From the human T2T-CHM13v2.0 reference genome, Homo sapiens, in the NCBI RefSeq assembly GCF_009914755.1, contig NC_060937.1: DNA of 64,000 nt; one strand, given 5' to 3'. The notes below the pieces were generated by a model, which saw only the letters and a list, made by a program, of their open reading frames with translations, made no database searches and was not told the origin of the DNA. Position 1 is the first letter of the stretch. Each line of letters opens with the position of its first letter. Positions 13,855 to 27,289 of the stretch are shown here, one piece after another. The position numbers were made by a program, and so were the translations under genes.

Positions 13855-14253
13855 TAACTCAAAATATTAAAAACCATCTATGACAAACCCACAGCCAACA
13901 TTATACTGAAGGGGCAAAAGCTGGAAGCATTCTCCTTAAGAACTGAAACACGACAAGGATGGCCACTCTCACTATTCCTATTCAACGTAGTATTGGAAGT
14001 CCAAGCCAGAGCAATCAGGCAAGAGAAGGAAATAAAAGGTATCCAAACAGGAAAATAAGTAGTCCAAGTATCTCCCTTCATTGATGACATGATTCTATAC
14101 CTAGAAAACCCTAAAGGCTCCACCAAAAGGATCCTAGAGATGATAAACGACTTCAGTAAAATTTTAGGATACAAAATCAATGTACAAAAATTGGTAGCAT
14201 TTTATACACCAATAATGTTCAAGCTGAGTCAAATCAAGAACTCAATCCCATTT

Positions 14254-14303
<50 letters not shown>

Positions 14304-16031
14304 ACTTTGGAATACATCTAACCAAGTAAGTGAAAGATCTCTACAAGGAGAACTACAAAACACTGCTGAAAGAAATCATAGATGATACAAGCAAATGAAA
14401 AAGCTTCCTATGCCCAATATTGTCAAAATGGCCATACTGCCCAAAGCCATCTACAGATTCAATGCTATTCCTATCAAACTATCAACATTACCTTTCACAG
14501 AATTAGAAAAAAACTATTCTAAAATTTATATGGAACCAAAAAAGAGCGCGAATAGCCAAAGCAATATGAAGCAAAAAGAAGAAAGTTGGAGGCATCACAC
14601 TACCTGACTTCAAACTATACTACAAAGCTACAGTAACCAAAACAGCACGATACTGGTATAAAAACAGACCATAGACCAATGGAACAGGATAGAGAACCCA
14701 AAAATAAAGCTGCACAATTACAATAATCTGATCTTTGATAAAGTTGACAATAACAAGCAATGGGAAAAGGACTCCCTATTCAATAAATTGTGCTGGGATA
14801 ATTAGCCAGCTATATGCAGAAGAATGAAAATGGACCTCTACCTTTCGCCATATATAAAAATTAACTCAAGATGGATTAAAAACTGAAATGTAAGACCTCA
14901 AACTATAAAAATCTTAGAAGAAAACTAGGATATACCATTCTGGACAGTGGCCTTGGCAAAGAATTTATAACTAAGTCCCTAAAAGCAATTGCAACAAAGA
15001 CAGAAATTGACAAGTAGGACCTAATTAAACTAAAGAGCTTCTGCACAGCAAAAGAAACTATTAACAGGCTAAACAGACAATTTATAGAATGGTAGAAAAT
15101 ATTTGCAAACTATGCATCTGACAACAGTCTAATGTCCAGAATCTATAAGAAACCTAATTCAACAAGCAAAACCAAATAACCCCATTAAAAATGGGCAAAG
15201 GACATGACAGACACTTCTCAAAAGAAGACATACATGTGACATACAAATATATGAAATAATCCTCAACATCATTAATCATCAGAGAAATGCAAATCAAAAC
15301 CACAATGAGATGCCATTTTGTCCCCATCAGAATGGCTATTAAAAAGACAAAAAATAACATGTTGATGAGGTTGTGAAGAAAAGGGAACATTTATATACTG
15401 TTGGTGGAAATGTAAATTAGTTCAGCCACTGTGGAAAGCAGTTTGGAGATTTCTCAAATAATTTAAAACAGAACTACCATTTGACCCAGCAATTCCATTA
15501 TGGAGTATATATGCAAAGGAAAAGACATTGTTCTACCAAAAAGATAAACACACTCATATTTTCATCACAGCACTCCTCACAATAGCAAAGACATGGAATC
15601 AACCCAGGTCCCCATCAATGGTGGACTGGATAAAGAAAATGTGGTACATATACACCATGGAATACTACACAGCCATAAAAGTGAATCAAATTATATCCTT
15701 TGCAGCAACATGGATGGAGCTAGAGGCCATGATATTAAGCGAAGTAATGCAGGAACAGAAAACCAAATACCACATGTTCTCACTTACAACAGGGAGCTAA
15801 ACATTGAGTACACACGCATATAAAGATGGCACCAATAGACATTGGGGACTATGAGAGTGGGGAGGGTGGAAGGAAGACAATGGTTGAAAAAGTATCTATT
15901 GCGTGCTATGCTCACTACCTGGATGACAGGATTATTCATATACCAAGCCTTAGTGACACGTCATTTACCCATGTAACAAACCTGCACATTTACCCCCTAA
16001 ACTTAAAAGCTGAAGAAAATAAATAAAAATT
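13855..16031 (+). mobile_element. 5'-truncated L1 (L1PA15/16-L1PB-like): dead ORF2 RT/C-terminal part plus 3'UTR
   Basis: Translates [30 protein letters not shown] with stops and frameshifts; TSD AAAGGTATGTGA. Confidence 0.93.
14258..14299. repeat. (CA)21 microsatellite inside L1
   Basis: Direct. Confidence 0.95.
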
Positions 16032-16084
16032 TAAAGGTATGTGAATTTTATTTCAATAAAACTGTTACACTAATAGTAAAAGAC

Positions 16085-16775
16085 AGAAACTCCCTTAACA
16101 AGTAGACTGACATTTTTAGTGGGTACACTCTGGAAGCATCACTGAAATCAGAAACAAACCATGAATGTTCACTATATTACTGTTATTTAACATTCCACAG
16201 GAAGTAGCCAATGCAATTTGATGGGAAAAAGAAATAAAAGGTATAAAAGTTTGGAAATGAGAGAACCAACTGGAAAAAATCATAAAATTTGAAGAATTCA
16301 GTAAAGCACAAATTTAGTAAATACAAATCAATAATTTTCACACTTTCAAATAAGAAGTAGCTGTTCATATTAAAAATAATACCTTGGAATAAGTTTTATA
16401 GGAAACAGTCACAGGCTATAAGAAAAAAACGTAAAATGCTACAGAAGAACTCTAAGAAAGAATTGAATAAATAAAAGTATCATCTATTCAATACGATGAT
16501 TCACTGTTATAAATATGTTGACATTCCCTAAAATTAACAAGATTGTAATAAATACACCAGAATACTAAAAAAAAAAACTCAAGTGATTTAAAAAGTTTAT
16601 ATGAAAAAATAAATGTGCAATTATAGTCAGATTGCTGAAAAATAAATAGTTATGAAGGAGACTATTCAATAAAATTGTAAAACATAGAATAAAGCTACAG
16701 TATTAAAACATGGTGATTCAAGTGCATGAGAAAACAAAGCAGATTGTTAGAACAGCACAGAGAACCAAATACTTA
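16085..16775 (+). mobile_element. Ancient L1M ORF2 fragment
   Basis: gccaatgcaat..gaaaaagaaataaaaggtata; taaagctacagtattaaaacatgg. Confidence 0.65.
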
Positions 16776-16981
16776 TAGCTCTATTTATTAGATTTAGTAG
16801 AGCAGGAAGTTTAGCATTGTATATTATTAGAGAAAAAAAAGTCCCCTACTCCTACTGAGTTTTTAAATCTGTATTCCCCATTCGTCTAGAGAGGCATAGA
16901 AGCAAGAGAGAACTTAGGGACCTAGAGAAGACTCAGTGTAAAAAAGTCAGGACACAGCAGCAATTTGCTGTGACCAATGAC

Positions 16982-17000
16982 TGGACACCAGATGGCAGCA
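16982..17000 (+). promoter_or_regulatory. Candidate CTCF site
   Basis: TGGACACCAGATGGCAGCA, close to the CTCF core consensus. Confidence 0.55.
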
Positions 17001-17084
17001 AGGACTCTCAGTGGTGTCAATATGGATGGATGACAACAGCTAGAAAGAATGCCCTCCAAATCGAATCATTGACATTACATATGC

Positions 17085-18024
17085 CCAGTAGTGTATTAGC
17101 TCACAAGAGCTAATTGTTGAAGTTTTAGAAATTTTGTGAGCTGATTGTTAAACACAGCCATTGTTAAAATTAAACAAACAGAATTAAATAACTTATATTA
17201 ACAACCCAGGTAGTAAATACTCAAAGCTCATTACTTCCTAAATATTTTATTATATTTTGCTATTAAATGTGTTCTTGAGGTTGCTTACATATCTGTAAAT
17301 CTGTATTTGTATCTGTATCTATATGGTAGAAATACTAAAAACCTCTTCCCAACTTCATGTGCGGTGATGTTGTGTTGGTAGCTTAAAATTAGTCATGGTG
17401 GGAATATTTACACCACGGAAACTGGCAAATGCTATAAATCAGGGCTTGATTTTCTGTTTTGTTGATTTTCTAGAGTAGACTGAACAAAGTGAAGAAGAAA
17501 ATGTTAATAAGGGCAAACTATACCTAAAAGTGTCCTGGTATATAGGTGTTACTTTGTGTTAATAGCACAAAAAATTACAGAAATAGTCTTTTAGTATCCT
17601 AAAACTATTATCCAACTCAGCAAATAAATAGTTCCTGTCACTGAGCAGTGAGTGATAATCTGACATTTATCTTTGTTGTTTCACTTTTATCTGTTAACAT
17701 AAAAGAAAACATCAACCAACATTCATATTTAAGTCACACACATTCATCAATGACATGGTGACTTTTTCCATGAACTAGATAGCCAACATAGTCTAATTTT
17801 GTTAAACAATGGCTGAATTGTAACTGTAGGTTGGCTACAGATACAAGAGTTCAACAAAACCAATAAATACATTCTGCGTAGTTATATGAAATTTAAAATA
17901 AAGAATATTGTATATTTTGTTATTATTTGTAAATTGTATTACACATACTTTATATCAGTAAAATTTATAATAAACTTATGTCCATATGTACGTGCATACT
18001 TTTCTTATCTACCAGAACATTACT
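17085..18024 (+). mobile_element. MER63 (long form, hAT-Blackjack)
   Basis: gagctgattgttaaacacagccatt...atttacaccacggaaactggcaaatgctataaatcagggctt. Confidence 0.8.
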
Positions 18025-18929
18025 TCATAGGCCCCCCAAAACTTGGACTCAACACTGGGCACAGTAGGGCATCTCCATCCTGGTTAAAATTAGGTTTCCA
18101 TTCTTGATGGAATGGGAACCAGAATATATATTAAATTCAGTTATAGAGAAAAGAATGTTATATCTATTGCACATCTCAAATTATGAATATGTTTAAGACT
18201 TGTACCCATTTCGCATCTGATAAGGCAAAGTAAACCTAAAAGCTAAACAAGGAGGCTCTGAGGCCTCCATTTTCGCCTTCGGCAGTACATCCCACACAGT
18301 GAATGAGTGGGCTTCCAACCCTATTGTAACAATATTGATGATCCCTGCCTGGTCCTGACTCATAAAAGAAGTTGATGTGGGTCAATGACTCCTGAAGTGG
18401 ACATAAATCCTGAGGCTGCGCTGCATAACCTCTGAACTTTCAGTGGCTGCTGCCTCAAGGTAATTGGCTAAGCCTCTAGGACTTAAGGTGGGGAGAATGC
18501 GTGTGTTGGGGGCTCCGCAGAACTGAGACCTTTAAATGGACTCTGTAAGTTTTGTTCCACCCTTAAGGCTACACCAGAAATTTATAGACTGTGGTTTGGA
18601 AATCATTACACGTGCTAGACATGTTTTTTGTGTCCACAAATCTGCAGAATCAGAATCTCTGGACATTATAACAGACGGCCCAGATAAATCATATATGCTG
18701 ACCAGAGATTGAGAGGCCGGGCCTCATGGAGAAATTGCCAGGGCAGAATTGTCTGCTTTGCTACCATAAGGAAAGTTTCAGTCGAGAATATCAATAATTT
18801 GGGCCCTCTTTCTCTAGCCTGGCTAAGATTGAAATCAGAAATTACTGGGCGGGAAAGACCCCATACTGCTTACCCAAGAAGTCCCTACCTGCATTCTGAT
18901 ATTGTAAAATGTTTACAATATATAGCTTT

Positions 18930-19146
18930 TTAAAAAAGTAAGGTAAAACTATATATGCATAATATGATTTAATGCTTTTATAAAAAATACAATCAAATGT
19001 ATTGCATTTAATAAATTACTGAAAGCAAAAGAACCAGATAATTGTGGTTATCTCTGGGTGGAATTACAGGCAGTTTTTTTCTTAGTGGCTTTCCATATTT
19101 TACAAATGTCTGTACAGAATAAATACTACTTTTATAATTTAAAAAA
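18930..19146 (+). mobile_element. L1ME/L1MC4-like 3' end
   Basis: gtggttatctctgggtggaattacagg...tacttttataattt. Confidence 0.55.
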
Positions 19147-20299
19147 CTAAATGTTGTTTTAAGAATAATGTAGTCAAGGGGGAGACAAAACAAAATGAAC
19201 AAAGCAAAAGCAAAAGCAAAACCAAACCAAGAAATCTGCCTCTGTTTAGAACTTCTTTCAGCAGCCCAGGCAGAAGCTTGTCACGTTGCCATGGGCTCCC
19301 TGGTCGAGCTAGTCCTGAGTCACAGCCCCCAAAGTTCCTAAAGCAGCCCAGAGCCCTGAGGCAGCGACCTGAAGGCACAGTCCAACAAAGGTCACTTAGA
19401 CAACAGGGCCCACAGCCAACATTCTGGACCCTGAACTCTCCATCCTCCCTCAGGAGACACCAGCCTCCTGAGGATGCTCAGTCCCACCTGGACTACCCAA
19501 AGGAGATCAGAGACGAGTGGCCCAGTCCTATCCGTCATTCACTGGGACGCTCCATCATGGCTAGTCAGCTGAATGGATGGATGAAGTCCTGTTCAGCACC
19601 AGTGCCTGGGTGAGGAATAGTCTGCACCAGAAGCTCACATATATCTTGACTCTTGTGTGTGTGGTTGTCAGGCTGCTATAGTGCTGCCGCAAACCACTCT
19701 GGATACTTAAAATCCAGGAGGTATTTTTCAAACTCTGCTACCGGCAGCTGGTGTTTGGTGGCTTACATATGGAGGTATTGATGTGTTCTGGAATTGGAGC
19801 AAATCACCCTCTGGAAATAGAAAAATGCGGTGACAGGGACCCATGTAGACTGGAATTTTGTCCCAGTGCATTTGCCTGGGGCTGGTTGGTTTCTCCTCTC
19901 CTGGGCTTATGGTCAGAGACAAAGACATTGAGAAAAAATGTGCTGCAGTATGATGGGAGTCTAGAATTCATACTCTCAAGAATGTTCAATTTGAAGAAAT
20001 TCTACTGCTAAAATTTGGCTCTGCATTGTCGCTGCTGGTCAGTTATGGATGGCTCTAGAGATAGGAAGAGGCAAACATCCCCTGCTTCTCTGGTGCATTG
20101 TTTCCATGGACCTTTTAGTGAGAAAGAGTGTCTGCATGCATGGGGCCTGGAAATGCCTGGGGTGAACTTTGCAGAAAGCAGGAACAGAGTGAGAAGAAAA
20201 GAGAATGTACTGCTTGCATACCCATATCTGTTGGTTGGCTTCCATGGACATGTGGTTGAAGGATTGTTCTGGTATGACTGACAGAGGCAAAATAGGAAA

Positions 20300-20505
20300 G
20301 AGATTAAGAGAATGAGCTTTGGAACCCTAAGGCTGAGTCCTGGTTCAGCTGTTCATTTGCTGTGCAACCTGGGCAAAGTTACTTAACCTCTCAGAGTGTC
20401 ATTTGTAAAATCAGAACAATAATAGGGTGATTTCAAGAATTAAAAAGAATTTCATTTAAAACTTTGGCATATTGCCTGGGACACAGTAGTTGGTAATGAG
20501 TGCTG
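20300..20505 (+). mobile_element. MIR
   Basis: gctgtgcaacctgggcaaagttacttaacctctc..tgtaaaat. Confidence 0.7.
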
Positions 20506-20763
20506 GTGGTGGTGATGGTAATGATGGTAATGATTCTTCTCCTTTGAGCTTAGTGAGGCAGGACTAGTTGGAGAGGGTGAGAGGTGGTGATATTTGTACT
20601 CTGGCCATGGTGAGGGCAATGAATATTTCCTAACAGAAATGAATGTTTTCAGGCTAACTAGACTTTGAAAACTCTGTAATTAATCTTTGTTGATATGTAA
20701 TAGAACGTTTTGAAAGGGTACTTTTTTTGAGACACGGTCTTGCTCTGTTGCCTGAAAGAGTAC

Positions 20764-20931
20764 TTTTTTTTGAGACACGGTCTTATTCTGTTGCCCAGGC
20801 TGGAATGCCGTGGTATGATCAAGGCTCACTGCATCCTTGACCTCCTGGGCTAAAGCAATCCTCCATCCTCAACCTCCCAAGTAGCTGGGACTACAGGGGC
20901 ATGCCACCACACCCAGCTAATTTTTGTATTT
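20764..20931 (-). mobile_element. AluJ/FRAM-like right arm with duplicated 3' junction
   Basis: Poly-T, gagacacggtct...cagctaatttttgtattt. Confidence 0.88.
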
Positions 20932-21519
20932 GGCAAAGCACTTCTAATGAAACTCACAGATGATATTTTCATTGCATCTCAGGAAACCACTTCAGGATCC
21001 TAGCGTTCTGAAGTCAGAGTTCAGGGCAGGAGATAGCCACCTTCATGGTCATTCACTTTATCTTTCCAAGTATGCCTCAGCCAGGCTTCTTCATTTTTGC
21101 CTCTTGGGTGCATTCACCTCTACTGACCTAGGGACTGGAGGTCATTTTAGGAAAAGAGTCTACCAAAGGGAAGGCAATTCTGTCTCCGAAGAACCAGACA
21201 ACTTTCAGCCTGGTTTAGTTATGAGAAGGGTTCTGGCCTGGGCATGCCTGCACTGGAATCCCATGGGAAGTCTCCCTCTGAACTTTCAGAGACTCCAGCC
21301 CCACTCTCCCCGATGCACAACTGTTAGTTCAATGCCATTCACCAAAAGGATGCCGCCCAGCACCGGTGGAGATGGAGCAGAAACAAGTGAGTCATGTTTG
21401 GAATGGACCCAGGGAATTCTGCAGAAGAACTTCCAGGTGATGCCCACGCTGCCTGATGCAGACACAGCCTGAGGGCTGATGATGTAGGTCCAAGTGTGCT
21501 CCTATGTCCCATGCTTTCC

Positions 21520-21700
21520 AGTTTTCAAGGACATTCACTGATACCATCTTGTTTCATCCTCACCTAAACCCCAGGAAAGGGGACAGACAAGCCCTGTGAG
21601 CCCATTTTATAGACAAGGAGACAGGATCAGAAGGGTTACATGACTGGCCCAAGGTCCCAGGCTAGGACACAGCCAGCAGAGGCTGGGATGTGGTCCAATT
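21520..21700 (-). mobile_element. MIR
   Basis: cccattttatagacaaggagac...tgactggcccaaggtc. Confidence 0.6.
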
Positions 21701-22368
21701 GCCAGTTCATCCTTTTTTTCTTTTCACTTGAGAGAGGTTAAAATTAGTGCCTGCTAAAGAGCTTTCCCTAAGGACTCAAGGAACATTATTAATAGCATTC
21801 CATTAATCCTCACATTTATTCAGGAACAGCAGGTGGCTAAGATTATAATGATTATAATGATTGCTATCATGACACAGAATTACTAGGACCCCGGGGTACA
21901 GCTTCCTTAATGCTATGCTTTCCTGTGATGCATATGGGTGCATAAATATATAACACACACACACAGACACACACACATGCTCACACTCACACTCCAAATA
22001 GCAACCAGGTAAGGAAGCTTTCACTGAGTGTTGAGAATGAAGCCTGAGATCCCAGCATGACTAAACAGGAATTTCCTAGGATTTTTTGTTGCACTAGTGA
22101 CATAAAAGGCTTTGCAGATAAAACACACAAGGGAAGTTAGGACAATTGGAGAAAGTTTTGCATGTCTTCACATGCTCAAATGCAGGAAGCAAATAAAGGT
22201 GCAAGTCTCCTCCTGGGCTGGAAATGTGAGGCCGTGTCTTCCCAGGAGAAGGAAGCCAGTGTATTGAAGCCCATCCAGGCCTTCTGGGCTCCCATCTGGA
22301 TGGTAGGGAAGTGAGGGGGTGTCCTGCCCTGGCTGTCTGCACTGTTCACACTTAGAAGGCGATTGCCT

Positions 22369-22544
22369 GGACCCAGTGGGAACGTGGTGAGCCTGGGTCA
22401 GTACTGAGTCCCGGACCTGATGGGAACATGGTGAGCCTGTGTCAGTACTGAGTCCCAGACCCGGTGGGAACATGGTGAGCCTGTGTCAGTACTGAGTCCC
22501 GGACCCAGTGGGAACATGGTGAGCCTATATCAGTACTGAGTCCT
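22369..22544. repeat. Minisatellite, 4 x 44 bp
   Basis: Unit GGACCCAGTGGGAACATGGTGAGCCTGTGTCAGTACTGAGTCCC at 22369, 22413, 22457 and 22501. Confidence 0.97.
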
Positions 22545-22856
22545 GGCACCAGGCTGCATTCAGCTCTTTCAGTCTGTGATGCTGTCATGCAGTTGAAATA
22601 AGGAGAGAGAGAGGATGGGAAAGAGGCTGTCTGGCCTCCCCAGAGCAAAGGTAGCAAAAGGAAAAGCCCAAGACTTGGTGTCAGGGAGCCTGGAGAATGT
22701 TGTCCCTAGGGCTCTGCCCCCTTGGCCAGCTTGGTGACCACAAGCCCTATTCCCCAGCATTACAGAGTCATTCATTCTTTCATTCATCATCCATCTTAGT
22801 CAGTTTGGGCTACTATAACAGAATATAGGCTCAGGGGCTTAAACAACAGACACTTA

Positions 22857-22937
22857 CTAGGTTGTTGCAAAAGTAATTGCAGTTTCTGCCATTTAAAAGT
22901 AATGCTAAAATACTCAATTACTTTTGCACCAACCTAA
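22857..22937. mobile_element. MADE1 MITE, full length
   Basis: 81 bp, TIRs (21/23 identical at the outer ends), TA TSD at 22855-56 and 22938-39. Confidence 0.95.
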
Positions 22938-23247
22938 TATTTCACAGTTCTGGAGGCGAGGAAGTCCAACATCAAGGCCCTGGGAGGTCTGGTGTCTGGT
23001 GAGGGCCTGCTTCCTAGTTTGCAGACAGCTGCCTTTTTGTTGTATCCTCACATGGCAGAGAGAGGGAGGAAGAGAAAGATCTAGGTTCTTTCTCTTCTTA
23101 AAAGGACACTAATACCATCATAAGGGTTCTACCCTCATGACCTCATCTAAACCCACCTACCTCCCAAAGCCCCACCTCTTAAAAACATTCCAAAGGGGTT
23201 AAGATTTCAATATATGAATCTTGGGGTGATAAAAAATACAGTCCATA

Positions 23248-23576
<329 letters not shown>

Positions 23577-23985
23577 CTATTCAAGAAGTGTTTTTGGAGT
23601 ATAGTCCCCAGGGAGCCGACAATTCAATGGGAGAAACTGGCAAGCAAGTTGGCAATTACATTACTCAGGAAAAGTGCCACGGTGTGGGGTGGGCTCTGGG
23701 TATCAGGAGATATTTAGCAGGAAAACCAGCACCATCTCGGGGAATCATGGAAGGCTTCTTAGAAGTGACCTCTGGGAGGATGAGCAAGAGCTGGGCAGGC
23801 AAAGATGAACAAACGGAGCAGGTTTGCAGCCAAAGAGACAGCATATGTGAGGTGCTGCTGCCCTAGTAAGCTTCATTCTCTCTCACCAGCCTAGCTTCTC
23901 AGCCCCTCCCCACAACCCCACACTGCTCAGATCTTTCTGGGCTACTGGGGAAGTCATGAGTTTATTTGCCCCCAGAGTTCTAGTA

Positions 23986-24366
<381 letters not shown>

Positions 24367-24451
24367 TAGACCTTCATTTTTTTTTTTTTTTTAATCAACC
24401 ATTTCAAACAATTCCAGCTCTTGCTAGAGAGGGGCATTTCATCTTTCTGGC

Positions 24452-24902
24452 AGTGAAGGTTAATTTTATGTGTCAACTTGGCTAGGCCATGGTACCCAGA
24501 TATTTGGTCAAATGCTAGGCTAAATGTTACTATGAAGGTGTTGTTTAGATGAGGTGAACATTTAAGTCAGTAAGACTTTGAGTGAGGCAGATGGCCCTCC
24601 ATAATGTGGGCCAGCCTCATCCAAGCAGTTGAAGGCTAAAGAGAAAACAGACTGAGGCCTCCTGAGGAAGAAGGAATTCTGCCTACAGACTGTCTTCGGG
24701 CTCCGGCTATAGCATCAGCTCTTCCCTGGGTCTCCAGTCTGCCTGCCTGCCTGTTCTGTGGACTTTGAACTTACCAGGATCGCATGAGCCAATTTCTTAA
24801 AATAAATCTCTCTCTTTATATACATGTGTGTGTGCATATGTATGTATGTGTGTATGTAGACATCCTATTCATTCTGGTCTCCGGAGAACCATGACAAATA
24901 CA
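24452..24902 (+). mobile_element. MLT2C/D-like ERVL solo LTR
   Basis: ggttaattttatgtgtcaacttggctaggcc...ggagaaccatgacaaataca. Confidence 0.85.
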
Positions 24903-25194
24903 GTGCATAAACCCAGGTCCCTTTAGGTTGCTGGACTCATTTGAAAGCATTATATCTCATCCACTAGGAAGGACCATGCTTCCCAGATCTTCCTGATGAT
25001 TACAGTTGTTCACTCCATGATGTGAGAGGGCTGGGTAGGAAAATGCGAAACAAAACAAATTTCATTCCTGCCCCAGCCTGAAATGAGACTCAAGTCTAGA
25101 TAAGTGGATTAACTTCCTAGAATTCAGTTTCTTTATCTGCCACACAGCCGACAGAGGCCGTTAAGGTGACATGGCAGTACAGGGCATCCCCACA

Positions 25195-25436
25195 ACAAAA
25201 ATCACAGCAAATTGTATTATAATGTATTTCAGGAGCCCAGGCCCACATGAAGCACATGCCGTGCCTATCTCATTTAATGCTCATAGCTAAGCCACGAGTT
25301 ACGGAGCATCATCACCCATTCTAGAGGTGAGGAAACCGAGGCACAGAGAAATGTAGCTGCCATGCTCAGGCGCACACAGGCAGATGGAGGCACGATTGGA
25401 GCCCAGGCAGCTGGCCTGGGCCCCTGTGCTTCACTG
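25195..25436 (-). mobile_element. MIR
   Basis: cccattctagaggtgaggaaaccgaggcacagaga. Confidence 0.7.
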
Positions 25437-26209
25437 CCCTGTGAGGCCTGATTGAGACCTGAAGGAGCTGACGTCAAAGCTTCATCCTTGCTGATGTATC
25501 TGTTTTGTGCCACTGCATTGTACAACTCCAGGAGCCCTTGCCTCTATTCACAAGGACTGCAGAGAATGGTGCCCTGCAGAGAATGGTACCCTTGAGGCCC
25601 TGTTTCTGCTGGCCTTTTCATCCTAGGATCCTGATGACTGAACTGGAATAAAGACATGAAGTGAGGTTTATCCAGAAAAACACAGCAATATCCCAGCCAA
25701 AGAAGACAGGGTGTTTATAGCCACTTATTTCCACTAACATATGGATTGGAAAGTAATATTCATCTATTTTTAAAAGCCTTGCTATAAATTACAACAGCTG
25801 AGTTATGAACCCTGAGGAATGGCATTCATTCAAATGTAAATGTCAACATAGCGCTCCCAACTTCAGCCCCTCGGGCGTGCCCCACAACCACACTTCCCCC
25901 AGATAGAGGCTCACTGCACTGTGCACCTTGGCCGCCTTGCTGCTGCGCTCAGGCTGCCCTCTGACATCACCTACATTCAGCAAGGGTTTCTCTTCACTCT
26001 GGGCAGCATTTAACTGCCCCTCACCTGCTCCAAGACAGCCAATCCAGTGTGACAGCTCAGAGTATGATGACCATGGGGAGAAACAGCCCACGGTAACTAC
26101 ATGTGCCTACAGGTAGTAGCAATGAACAGTAGTAATAACTATAATATATGGAGTGATTATTGCCAACCAGGTTATTATTTCACTGAACCAGGTACTAATG
26201 TCATTGACA

Positions 26210-26410
26210 AAGGCTGTACTAGATAATGGTTAGGAATTTGCACCAGGCAATGGGATGCATCCTGCATCCTGTTTACTCTCCTTACTAGCTAATGCCTTAA
26301 TTTCCACATGGGTAAAATAGGAATAATATCACTGGCTTTTTAGTATTACTGTGAGGATTAAATGAGTTAATTTGTTAAAAGCACTTAAACTAGTGCCTGG
26401 ATAATTGTAA
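26210..26410 (+). mobile_element. MIR
   Basis: gtgaggattaaatgagttaat..aaagcactta..agtgcctgg. Confidence 0.7.
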
Positions 26411-26429
26411 ACATACACGCAGACACACA

Positions 26430-26735
26430 GAGTCATGCACTGCATAACAATGTTTAGGCCATATACAATGGTCATCCCATAAGATTATAACACTGCATTT
26501 TTAATGTATCTTTTCTATGTTTAGATATTTTTAGATACACAAATACCATTGTTACAATTGCCTACAATGTTCAATATAGTCACATGCTGTGCAGGTTTGT
26601 AACCTAGGAGGAATAGGCTATGCCATATAGCCTAGGTGTGGAGGAGGCTAGATTATCTAGGTCTGTGTGAGTGCAATCTGTGATATTCACAAGATGAAAT
26701 TGCCTACTGATGCATTTCTCAGAATGTATTTCTGT
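26430..26735 (+). mobile_element. Tigger3a (MER7A)-like
   Basis: agtcatgcactgcataac...cccataagattataa...gcatttctcagaatgtat. Confidence 0.85.
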
Positions 26736-26750
26736 AAACAACACACAATT

Positions 26751-27040
26751 TTAGATGGGAAAAGTCTTTGCAGATGTGATTAAATTAAGGATTTTGAGAT
26801 GTGGAGATATCCTGGATTCTATCCGGGTGGGCCCTACTTGCCATCACAAGTGTCCTTATACGAGGGAGGCAGAGGGACCTTTGAAGAGTGACCTACAGAA
26901 GAGAAAGCAATGTGAAGACAGAGCAGAGAAAGATGTGAGGATGCTGGCCTCGAAGACTGGAGTGATGCAACCACAAGGCAAGGGATGCCAACAGCCACCC
27001 AAAGCTGGAAGAGGCAAAGGATGAATCTCTCTTAGAGCTT
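26751..27040 (+). mobile_element. MLT1D/E-like LTR fragment
   Basis: ctttgcagatgtgattaaattaaggattttgagat...aagctggaagaggcaa. Confidence 0.8.
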
Positions 27041-27289
27041 ATACATAAAGAGAATATGTATACATGTATTTTACTCTTCCCAACAATCCCAAGAGGCAGG
27101 CAACATTGCTATTCCCATTCTAGAGATGAAAATCTGGTCTGAGGTCTGTCAGAGCCCTGAATCTATCCTCTTACCTGCTGTGCCCCTTTTGCTGTCTATT
27201 GTATGTGTGAGGAGAGACCACCTGCCTGTTATCTACGTTGCAGAAGGTACAGTAGAGGCCCAGCCTGCATCCCTTTTGTATTCACTGAT

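Noticed and set aside
14089-15800. L1 ORF2-like ORFs as functional genes
   Set aside because: 5'-truncated, with multiple stops and frameshifts.
20960-21472. 170-aa + strand ORF
   Set aside because: No recognisable domain, no promoter or splice support; compatible with chance.
22369-22544. CRISPR-like array (palindromic repeats)
   Set aside because: Head-to-tail units without unique spacers, no cas genes, eukaryotic context.
25490-25600. 17-bp tandem duplication in a possible MER91 remnant
   Set aside because: Too short and degenerate to assign or interpret.
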